Source: Ignavibacteriota bacterium
Lineage (GTDB): Bacteria; Bacteroidota; Ignavibacteria; UBA10030
Direction of reading: 5' to 3'
Length of the DNA: 14,475 nt
Assembly (NCBI GenBank): GCA_963727825.1
Contig: CAVSHO010000004.1
Span: 1 to 14,475 of the forward strand
Shown one piece after another: positions 1 to 7,323 of this stretch. Each line of letters opens with the position of its first letter. The first letter of the stretch is position 1. A program made the position numbers and the translations under genes. The notes under the pieces were generated by a model. The model worked only from the letters and a program-made list of their open reading frames with translations. It had not been told where the DNA came from and searched no databases.

Positions 1-656
1 AATTCGCAATTTCGTCTGTTGTCGAATGACAGATCGAAGATTTCGAATATCTCCTGCAGAACGCACAAACGATAGTGCCACATAATCCACGTCATGTGCA
101 AGACCGAACTTTAAATCTTCGATATCTTTATCTGTTAGTGATGGTGTGCTTAACTTGACACCAGGGAGATTCATTCCTTTATTTTCTTTCAGAATGCCGC
201 CGTTCAACACCGTACATTCGACATCCTTCGTTGTCTTCGTTACCACCCGCACAGCCATCTTACCGTCATCCAATAAAATAGTATCTCCTGCTTTCACATC
301 GTCTGGCAATTCACGATATGTAGTTGTAACTCGATGTTCATCTCCCTCAATTTCATCAATGGTGAATGTGAACATTGCCCCTTCTTTCAACTCTACAGAT
401 TTATTTTGCAACTTACCGGTACAAATCTTTGGCCCGCATAGATCCTGTAAAATGCTAATGTGCTCTCCAGTTAGTTTACTTGCCTCTCGTAATTTTTTAT
501 CGCTGCGAGATGATCCTCATGCGTTCCATGCGAAAAATTCAATCGTGCAACATCCATACCTGCTTGAATTAATTCCACCAATTGTTCAACACTTTGCGAA
601 GCAGGACCGAGTGTACAAATAATTTTTGTCTTGGCAATGGTTATTTTACTTCTCAT
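1..656 (-). pseudogene. pyk: Pyruvate kinase, 3'-partial at window edge, interrupted by a frameshift at 492-498 (pseudogene, sequencing error or recoded gene)
   Basis: Frame 1 (656-471) reads [20 protein letters not shown]...[18 protein letters not shown], the diagnostic PK N-terminus, and stops at 471. The -1 frame from 492 to 1, translated by hand, has no stop: [28 protein letters not shown]...GDTILLDDGK...NGGILKENKGMNLPGVKLSTPSLTDKDIEDLKFGLAHDVDYVALSFVRSAGDI, matching PK motifs (ILLDDG, KGxNLPG, DxIALSFVR). Confidence 0.9.
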
Positions 657-1404
657 AATTCTGTCCTTTTATTTCTTCTCTTATTTTTACAAGCTGCGGC
701 AGTATTTCGCCTGCTTTTCCAAGAAGTGTTTCATTAACACTGTGCGATATTTCCGTCAGCTCCATATTAATTTCTACGACATATGCACCCTGCTTCCGTG
801 CTATTAAAGGCAGATTTGCGGCAGGATATACTAATGCCGATGTACCGACGGTGAAAAATAATTCACACCGGTTCGCTGCTTCTGTCGCCGCTTCAAAAAC
901 TCCTTCCGGCAGCATTTCGCCAAACCATACAATGTCAGGGCGAATGATTCCATTGCAGAATTTACAGTGCGGTACTTTGTTTTCTAAAGAGACTTCCACG
1001 TTAGCAGCAAATTTTCCACAATTGATACAATAGCTGCGCTCTATGTTTCCATGGAGTTCTAATACAGTTTTACTGCCAGCACGTACGTGTAAATTGTCGA
1101 TGTTCTGCGTAACTAATGTGAAATCTTTTACCAATTCCTGCATTTGCGCAAGAGCGAAATGTGCAGGGTTGGGTTTCACATCGTGAATAATTTTTTTTCT
1201 ATAATTGTACCATTCCCATACCAACTCCGGATTACGCATAAATGCATCGAAGTTAGCCAGCTCTTCCGGTTTTAGCTTCGACCATAATCCATTGGAACCG
1301 CGGAAAGTTTCAACTCCGCTTTCTGCTGAAATGCCCGCCCCTGTCAGCACACAAATTGAATCTGTGTTTTGAAGCAACGAACGAAGCTTTTCAGATATAT
1401 TCAT
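646..1404 (-). CDS. cobB: NAD-dependent protein deacylase, sirtuin class III (CobB/SIRT5-like)
   Basis: Motifs [26 protein letters not shown], CxxC...CxxC zinc site (CINC/CKFC), [19 protein letters not shown]; WYNYR gives the YxxR succinyl-pocket pair. Start moved from 1437 to the ATG at 1404, which overlaps the upstream TGA (ATGA coupling). Confidence 0.95.
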   Translation of the reverse strand: MNISEKLRSLLQNTDSICVLTGAGISAESGVETFRGSNGLWSKLKPEELANFDAFMRNPELVWEWYNYRKKIIHDVKPNPAHFALAQMQELVKDFTLVTQNIDNLHVRAGSKTVLELHGNIERSYCINCGKFAANVEVSLENKVPHCKFCNGIIRPDIVWFGEMLPEGVFEAATEAANRCELFFTVGTSALVYPAANLPLIARKQGAYVVEINMELTEISHSVNETLLGKAGEILPQLVKIREEIKGQNYEK

Positions 1405-3809
1405 CTCATTGGCCTTAGCGTGAGAACATCTCGGCATGTTGATTCAATAATTGACTGCTGCATCGGACGCGTTTTATATGCGCCATTGAGCCAAAGTGTT
1501 ACTTGATCTTTGTAATGGCTGGAAAATACTTGCCCCGATTGACCCGGCGGCAAAATACTTCGCGTATCATTGATATCAGCGAGATCGAATACTTGCCGCA
1601 TTGAAGGTCCAACAGCACTTTTAAAAGAATGAGCAATGAAATACTGCCCAACATTAATTGTAGAGTGCGAACCACCTATTGGGAATGGTCCAATATTGAA
1701 GAATCCAGAAAGTAATTTGTTCGATCCAAAAATATGTCCGAATGTTACCGTGTGTAGTCTTCCCCATTGCCATTCTTTGAGATCGCCGCCGAGTTCGCTC
1801 TTTAGCATTAAAAGTGCATCGCTTACGCTCTTGCGTATTAGATCATCTCGTGTTTCGCGCGAAGGTGTGTTTAGATCATCGAACCACTCCGAGTTAGGAT
1901 TCTTCAATAAATGAGACAATGCCGATAAAGGCGTGCTTGCCAAAGTGTCATACAATCCATAAAGTCGATCACCCATTTTATCATGGAAAATATTGTAGAT
2001 AAGCTTGTTGATTGTTGCTTGGAAGAGAGTAGTACTCACATCTTCTTTCCGCATTTCGAAATTCCAATTCCGGAAATATTCCAGTGCCGAATTCACATCT
2101 TTATCAGTGACAGTAACACTATCGTATGCATGGAGGATGTACGGCACAACTTCCATTGCATGCGTGGAAACGAGATCGAGCTGCAAATGCTGGATTTCTT
2201 CTACCGTGAATCTATCTTGTTCGTTCAGCACTTCATTTATGCGGATCGACCGCCATGGAGATTCCCAATGACTAGAGATGTAATAAGGATACGAATCATC
2301 AACGATCTTGTTGTTTGCCGTTACTATAAATCCTTCTGGCGGGTTGTAGACGTACGGCATCTGGTCAAACGGAACAAATCCTTTCCAATCGTATTCGTCT
2401 GTCCAACCGGGGAACGGCAGTGTCGGTCCCTTCGTTTTTCGAATCGGAAGCTTGCCGCCCGTTCGATATCCGATATTGCCATCGACATCAGCGTAAACAA
2501 AATTCTGTGTGGGTACAGCAAATAATTTTAACGCTTCCTGAAACTCCTGCCAGTTACTAGATTTGTCAATTCGATACAAAGCGCCGGCCTCATTCGATAT
2601 TTCATTTCCAGTCCATCGCATAGATATGAGCGATGATGCTGATTGAGCAGTTGGCTCCATTTTATTAACAATTGGTCCGCGGTGCGTACTAAATATAGAA
2701 ATTGCGACCGGCAGTGATCCCTTTACAACAATCGTATCAACGGTTTCAGTAATAGGCAGCCATTCGTTGTTGAATCGATAACGTGTCGGATGTTGAAGCG
2801 AATCAACTTCTTCAATGTAAAAGTCTTCGTCATCCATCATTGCATTCGTTACACCCCATGCAATGCGCTGATTTCTTCCTATCACAATAAATGGCACACC
2901 AGGAATAGACATTCCGGCAACATCCAAGTTCGGTGCGCTGATGTGAAGTTCGTACCACCGCGCCGGCGACATCAGTATAAGATGTGGATCGTTTGCAAGA
3001 ATAGGTTTTCCGGTAACAGACTTAGCACCGGAGATTGCCCACGCGTTGCTGCCAGACTCAAGAGCGCGAATACCGAGAAGCGAGCGGCATGCTCCTTCCG
3101 CATCAAACAACGGACGAAGGTCTTCAGCAATTGTTTTCCCTTTCAATTCTTTTGGAATAATAAGAGGGGCGTTATCCGGCCAGTACGGGAAGATCTCTTT
3201 CGCCTTCGCTTCACCAAATCTCTGGACTAATTCGGCAAGGAGTAAATCTATCCAGCGTGAGTAATTCAATTCCCATGCCATCAGTCGGCTGACAAGAATC
3301 GAATGCTCGATCGTCCACGGCTCCGGTTCGATTTTCAACATATCAAATTCAATAGGATATTTACCGGCATGTGTTACAATGAATTGATTCACGCCATCTG
3401 CATATGCTTGCAATGCTTTACGTGTGTCATCATCGAGCGACTGTGAAAGTTTTTGTGCATGCCGCCATAAGCCGAGAGTGTGGAACATTTTATCAATCTG
3501 AAGCGCCGGTTCTCCCAATACTTCAGATAGACGCCCCATACCAACACGCCGCGTCAATTCCATTTGCCATAAACGATCCTGTGCATGCGTAAAACCAACT
3601 GTAAAGAATGCATCATATTCTGATTGCGCGACAACATGCGGAACGCCAAATTCGTCCCGATAGACTTTCACCTCTTGCGTTAATCCTTTAACATCTATTG
3701 TTCCTGAAACCTTCGGGAAAGATCGCGTCACGAGGAAATATCCAATTAATGTTCCAACGAGTAAAACAATAATAAATATGGTACCGATTCCGATTAAAGT
3801 CCTTCGCAT
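1401..3809 (-). CDS. Penicillin acylase family (peptidase S45) Ntn-hydrolase with N-terminal membrane anchor; substrate unknown
   Basis: 802 aa; hydrophobic N-terminus; RDEFGVPHV, HAQDRLWQM.L.RR...GRLSE, autocleavage site GSNAW (nucleophile Ser codon 3048-3050), ANDPHL, TANN, WGRLH, PPGQSG...S.HY.DQ motifs; SD-like AAAGG upstream. Confidence 0.93.
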   Translation of the reverse strand: MRRTLIGIGTIFIIVLLVGTLIGYFLVTRSFPKVSGTIDVKGLTQEVKVYRDEFGVPHVVAQSEYDAFFTVGFTHAQDRLWQMELTRRVGMGRLSEVLGEPALQIDKMFHTLGLWRHAQKLSQSLDDDTRKALQAYADGVNQFIVTHAGKYPIEFDMLKIEPEPWTIEHSILVSRLMAWELNYSRWIDLLLAELVQRFGEAKAKEIFPYWPDNAPLIIPKELKGKTIAEDLRPLFDAEGACRSLLGIRALESGSNAWAISGAKSVTGKPILANDPHLILMSPARWYELHISAPNLDVAGMSIPGVPFIVIGRNQRIAWGVTNAMMDDEDFYIEEVDSLQHPTRYRFNNEWLPITETVDTIVVKGSLPVAISIFSTHRGPIVNKMEPTAQSASSLISMRWTGNEISNEAGALYRIDKSSNWQEFQEALKLFAVPTQNFVYADVDGNIGYRTGGKLPIRKTKGPTLPFPGWTDEYDWKGFVPFDQMPYVYNPPEGFIVTANNKIVDDSYPYYISSHWESPWRSIRINEVLNEQDRFTVEEIQHLQLDLVSTHAMEVVPYILHAYDSVTVTDKDVNSALEYFRNWNFEMRKEDVSTTLFQATINKLIYNIFHDKMGDRLYGLYDTLASTPLSALSHLLKNPNSEWFDDLNTPSRETRDDLIRKSVSDALLMLKSELGGDLKEWQWGRLHTVTFGHIFGSNKLLSGFFNIGPFPIGGSHSTINVGQYFIAHSFKSAVGPSMRQVFDLADINDTRSILPPGQSGQVFSSHYKDQVTLWLNGAYKTRPMQQSIIESTCRDVLTLRPMR

Positions 3810-3829
3810 AAACGACCTTTTAAGTGTAC

Positions 3830-3871
3830 AAAAAAAAATCCGTCCCGATTGATCATATCAATAGGGACGGA
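3830..3871 (-). terminator. Rho-independent terminator after the FadL-family gene
   Basis: Minus strand TCCGTCCC-T-ATTGAT-ATG-ATCAAT-C-GGGACGGA (14-bp stem, one mismatch, 3-nt loop) followed directly by T9; starts 36 nt after the stop at 3908. Confidence 0.85.
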
Positions 3872-3907
3872 ATAATGTAATCAAACTTGAAAAGCAGTGC
3901 AACTAAG

Positions 3908-5362
3908 CTAAAAACTATAGGACAGCGTTAGATTAAGGTTACTGGTGGTAACCGTTTCATCGGTACCGACATATTGAGTCACACCTGATCCATCTATATA
4001 CGAATAATTTGTCCGTAAGGTTTTCCATGTTCCGTATGCGTACGCTACATTGAGAACGGTCCGCTCATCAAGCGTATATCCGATTCCTGCAGTATAATAC
4101 AACTGGTCCCGACTACTTGGGTCCCCTTTCCATGGAGATGGATTATAAATAATTCCGCCGCGCAGTTTTAGCCCTATATTAAAGAGCGAAACCTCTCCTC
4201 CTCCGCGAAGATTTGTTGTTGCTCTCATTTGATTCTTAATACGGGAATTTTCTTCACTAAAAACTATATCGTCATTAAACTCCATTTGTGTCCAATCTGT
4301 ATACTCTGCATCTCCTGCTAATAAAAGCCAATCAAGCGGCTGAATTGATATTCCACCGCTAAGTACATATGGTGTTGTTACTTTATAATTTGTTGAATTT
4401 GCTGTCACAGGATAAAAATATGAATAATTACCGGAAGCATCTGGTGTTTTGAATTGACTTGATGCAGATTCTGAATACGTTTCATGTATATCATAAATAG
4501 TAGCTGTTCGCATAGCAATACCAATTGAATATTTTCCAGGATTTCTATACATCAATCCTAAGAGTGCATTGAATCCGCTGATATCATCATTAATTGTATT
4601 CTCGTAAACGAATTGGCTAAAATCGTTTGGATATGTCGTATACAAATTCTTGATATCGTTTTCATTCACCGTCTGATCATACGAATATGAGCCAGAAGCA
4701 AAATTGAGAGATACACCGATAGAGAGATTTGGACCAACATCCATTGCGCCACCCAAAGTCCAGTGGTTTAATCCACCTCCTTCTAAAACATTTATAGTTT
4801 GTTGCACATTGCCCTTCATAATCGAGGATATTTTTCCGGTCAAAGTATCCATATTCGCTAAGTATAATTGATAAGGAATGTTGTTGTCTAATGGTTGATT
4901 GAGTAGATATGTTGATTGAGAAAAAGAACTAGAAGGATTAAATGCATTCATCGAAGCCGTGGTTGTATAATTTGCCGCTCTATTGAATCCAAATGCAAAT
5001 GTTAAACTGCCCCGTATAGTCGGAACTGCATAAACAATACCAAGATTATTGAGATTTAAAACATTACTACTCGAGGTAGTTTTCGTGCCGAGGTATGAAA
5101 CATCATTTGAATATCCAAGGTTTGATAGTCCAATAGAAAATTCATTATCACGTTCAAGTGCTAAACCTGCAGGATTCCAGAAAAGGGCGGAATAATCATT
5201 AACTCCGCCAACGGTCGCGTTACCCATCCCAAGTTCGCGTGCACCAACTCCCAACCCAAGTTGTGAATAGCGTAGTGCATCTTCAGCGTATTGTGCTTGA
5301 AGCGCCTGCAAACCTAAAGTTAAAACGACAACTAAGACAAATATCTTCTGAATCATTTTCAT
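3908..5362 (-). CDS. OmpP1/FadL/TodX-family outer-membrane beta-barrel protein
   Basis: Signal peptide ending LQA-Q; EDALRYS...GARELGMGNA...DYSALFWNPAGLA (FadL-type hatch with NPA motif); alternating beta-strand pattern; C-terminal aromatic residue (LSYSF). Start 5362 preferred (GGGA 6 nt upstream); 5374 and 5356 are possible. Confidence 0.88.
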   Translation of the reverse strand: MKMIQKIFVLVVVLTLGLQALQAQYAEDALRYSQLGLGVGARELGMGNATVGGVNDYSALFWNPAGLALERDNEFSIGLSNLGYSNDVSYLGTKTTSSSNVLNLNNLGIVYAVPTIRGSLTFAFGFNRAANYTTTASMNAFNPSSSFSQSTYLLNQPLDNNIPYQLYLANMDTLTGKISSIMKGNVQQTINVLEGGGLNHWTLGGAMDVGPNLSIGVSLNFASGSYSYDQTVNENDIKNLYTTYPNDFSQFVYENTINDDISGFNALLGLMYRNPGKYSIGIAMRTATIYDIHETYSESASSQFKTPDASGNYSYFYPVTANSTNYKVTTPYVLSGGISIQPLDWLLLAGDAEYTDWTQMEFNDDIVFSEENSRIKNQMRATTNLRGGGEVSLFNIGLKLRGGIIYNPSPWKGDPSSRDQLYYTAGIGYTLDERTVLNVAYAYGTWKTLRTNYSYIDGSGVTQYVGTDETVTTSNLNLTLSYSF

Positions 5363-5397
5363 CGTATGTCCCATCCTAATGTTTTGATATATAATTA

Positions 5398-6282
5398 TCA
5401 GCGTGATCTGCCTGAACCACCACTTTGATGACCACCGCCGCCATCGTTTCTTGATGCTGGTGCACTTGAAGTAGAACTTGTCCGGGTCGATGGTTGCGGC
5501 GAATAACTTCGTCCACTTGTTCTAGATTGCCCGTTACTGGATCCTTGACTTCGATAATATACATGACCGTGCGAGCTGCCGGTTCTGGACCTTCTGCTCG
5601 TCGTCATATCGCTTTGATCACGATGACGCGGTTGCTGAACACTCGGACTATACCAATTGCCTCTTTGGCGGCTTGTTGAAACACTTCTCGAAGAATTACG
5701 TGAAGTTCTTGTTGTTACAGCACTTCCACTTTGAGTGGCTGCACTTCCAGCTGCGCGAGGAAGGCTAACGCCTCCCTGGCTAGTTCCAACTCGACCATTG
5801 TATGTCGTTCCTACTCCAGCATATCCAGATCTTGTGGTGCCAGTTAGTCTACTATTTCCACTCCTTTGATAGCCGAAATTGCGGGTCACAAAAGATCGAG
5901 GATAGTATGAATGTCCATAACCATATCCTGAATAATAATTCCTGTAACCCCAATAATGAGGATAATAGGAATAACCCATATAGAATGCTGTACCCCAGTA
6001 CCATGGATCCCAATACGACGGGTATACGCATCCATAATCCCATGACCAACATGAATTCCAGCTGGGATAATAATAAGAGAATCCGAGACATTGGTGTGAT
6101 TGCCAATTATCGTTATCTTCACCGTAATATGAAGAATCATTCTGAACATTAGATTGTTGTTCCTGTCGATATGATAAATCTTCATCTCGCGTTGGAACAA
6201 ATTGCGTGTAGCAACCTTGGAAGAAAATCGCCATCAGTCCAAACGGCAGAAGAAGTTTGAAATAGAATATCATTGTTTTCAT
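5398..6282 (-). CDS. Putative lipoprotein with a Tyr/Trp/Gly-rich middle and a Ser/Arg/Gly-rich disordered C-terminus
   Basis: SD GAGGT 5 nt before ATG 6282; basic N-terminus, hydrophobic stretch and lipobox FQG-C (Cys24, codon 6211-6213); YYYPSW...YWDPWYWG...YGYG region, then low-complexity tail ending GGGGHQSGGSGRSR. Confidence 0.82.
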   Translation of the reverse strand: MKTMIFYFKLLLPFGLMAIFFQGCYTQFVPTRDEDLSYRQEQQSNVQNDSSYYGEDNDNWQSHQCLGFSYYYPSWNSCWSWDYGCVYPSYWDPWYWGTAFYMGYSYYPHYWGYRNYYSGYGYGHSYYPRSFVTRNFGYQRSGNSRLTGTTRSGYAGVGTTYNGRVGTSQGGVSLPRAAGSAATQSGSAVTTRTSRNSSRSVSTSRQRGNWYSPSVQQPRHRDQSDMTTSRRSRTGSSHGHVYYRSQGSSNGQSRTSGRSYSPQPSTRTSSTSSAPASRNDGGGGHQSGGSGRSR

Positions 6283-6316
6283 AATTGACCTCATTTGTTT
6301 GACGCTTAAATAGTGT

Positions 6317-6331
6317 TCAAGTTTCTTGCCA
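6317..6331 (-). promoter_or_regulatory. Candidate sigma54 (-24/-12) promoter for the lipoprotein-FadL unit
   Basis: Minus strand TGGCAAGAAACTTGA versus consensus TGGCACG-N4-TTGC: exact spacing, 2 mismatches (including the -12 C->A). Predicted start near 6305, about 23 nt before the ATG. Confidence 0.6.
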
Positions 6332-6336
6332 GCAAT

Positions 6337-6382
6337 AAAAAAAATAAATGCCTGAATTCAGCGAATTTTCGCCGCATTCAGG
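6337..6382 (-). terminator. Probable intrinsic terminator after the YjbH-like gene
   Basis: Minus strand CCTGAATGCGGCGA-AAAT-TCGCTGAATTCAGG (14-position stem with one mismatch and one G-U) followed by CATTTATTTTTTTT. The U-tract is slightly offset from the stem. Confidence 0.6.
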
Positions 6383-6411
6383 GACTTAAATTATCGCCCA
6401 AATTCTTATAT

Positions 6412-6459
6412 GTCCACAAATCTAAACGCTACCGTCCACAGCCCTGCACATTTAAGTGC
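6412..6459. promoter_or_regulatory. Candidate upstream activator sites: GTCCACA direct repeat (6412-6418, 6434-6440) and dyad GCAC-N6-GTGC (6446-6459)
   Basis: Exact 7-mer repeated with a 22-bp period plus a short palindrome, about 105-155 bp upstream of the predicted sigma54 start. Function is inferred from position only. Confidence 0.3.
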
Positions 6460-6515
6460 TAGATTTTCGGGCAGATTCACGTTTTAAAATTTAAATTACT
6501 GATATTATTAGAGGA

Positions 6516-7298
6516 TTAAAAATTTCCTATATAATCAATCTGGAGTGTTCGATTTCCAAGATCCACGTTGTTTTGGTTCTTTGTGATATTTTTTAAATTG
6601 AATCCGACGACTAATCCTTTTGCACATGTCCATCTGAAACCAAAATTGAGGTACCCGTTTCCTTTGCCAAGTGCATAATTATTATTATCATTTTTTGCAA
6701 AATCGTACTCCAGCATAATTGAAATATCTCTACCTATCGATTTCTCTGCACCCACATACGCATTAAGATCCTTATCGCCATCATTTGTTTCCATGGATTT
6801 ATTTAATCCGCCATGCAAACTGAGATTGCCAAGGAATTCGTAATTCTTACTGGCGGCTAAATACACTCCGGGCGATTTGATTGTATAACGTTTTAATGTA
6901 TCGGCATTGAGATATGGTTCTTTGCCTTGAGAATCAAAACCGATGGCAAGCGCTGGCATGGTTGAACTCTCGCTCACAAGACGCAGTTTTGCGTTTATTC
7001 CGGGCATTGGGTTCATACTAATTTTATTCTGACCTATAATATCTGTGCCGCCATACGAAATTCCAAATGTGAATGGTTCAAAAATTCCCACCGAAATTCC
7101 CACCAACACGCCGCCGTTCTGAAAGAAGTTCGAAGAAACAGAATATGATCCCCTCTTTAGCAAACCGGCTGTCGGTTTATCAATCAGCATTGTCGGTTCA
7201 ATAGTTGCTCCGTCGCCTGCATAGCTTTGCGCTAATGCCGTTTCTAGTGTCACTATCATTAAAAGATTCACAATTAGAATTAACCTTAGTTTTTTCAC
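6516..7298 (-). CDS. YjbH-domain-like outer-membrane beta-barrel protein, function unknown
   Basis: GTG start at 7298 with AAGGAG 6 nt upstream gives MKKLRLILIVNLLMIVTLETALA-Q signal peptide; LIDKPTAGLL motif, P.LAIGFDSQG, beta-strand periodicity, C-terminal Phe. 260 aa. Confidence 0.72.
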   Translation of the reverse strand: MKKLRLILIVNLLMIVTLETALAQSYAGDGATIEPTMLIDKPTAGLLKRGSYSVSSNFFQNGGVLVGISVGIFEPFTFGISYGGTDIIGQNKISMNPMPGINAKLRLVSESSTMPALAIGFDSQGKEPYLNADTLKRYTIKSPGVYLAASKNYEFLGNLSLHGGLNKSMETNDGDKDLNAYVGAEKSIGRDISIMLEYDFAKNDNNNYALGKGNGYLNFGFRWTCAKGLVVGFNLKNITKNQNNVDLGNRTLQIDYIGNF

Positions 7299-7323
7299 TT
7301 GATTCTCCTTTTCATAAGCTGAA

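Noticed and set aside
146-622. 158-aa plus-strand ORF
   Set aside because: Antisense shadow of pyk; no recognisable motifs, and the minus strand has a clear PK match.
1405-1437. N-terminal extension of cobB to the ATG at 1437
   Set aside because: Lies inside the acylase gene; the ATG at 1404 gives an ATGA overlap and a normal CobB length.
1636-3592. Several plus-strand and alternate-frame ORFs (up to 180 aa) over the acylase gene
   Set aside because: Fully nested in a well-supported gene, with no family motifs.
3849-3861. Canonical FNR box
   Set aside because: Half-sites match but the spacer is 3 nt, not 4; kept only as an unassigned dyad.
5376-6200. Alternate-frame ORFs inside the lipoprotein gene (5376-5564, 5494-5679, 5802-6152, 5852-6106, 5886-6200)
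   Set aside because: Expected by-products of low-complexity Tyr/Gly/Ser codons; only the main frame has an SD and lipobox.
6410-6440. DnaA boxes / replication origin
   Set aside because: ATGTCCACA and CCGTCCACA differ from TTATCCACA at 2 and 3 positions; there is no box cluster and no origin-associated gene.
6383-6515. Riboswitch or small RNA in the intergenic region
   Set aside because: No recognisable family motif; only short, weak pairings. An Infernal/Rfam scan would be decisive.
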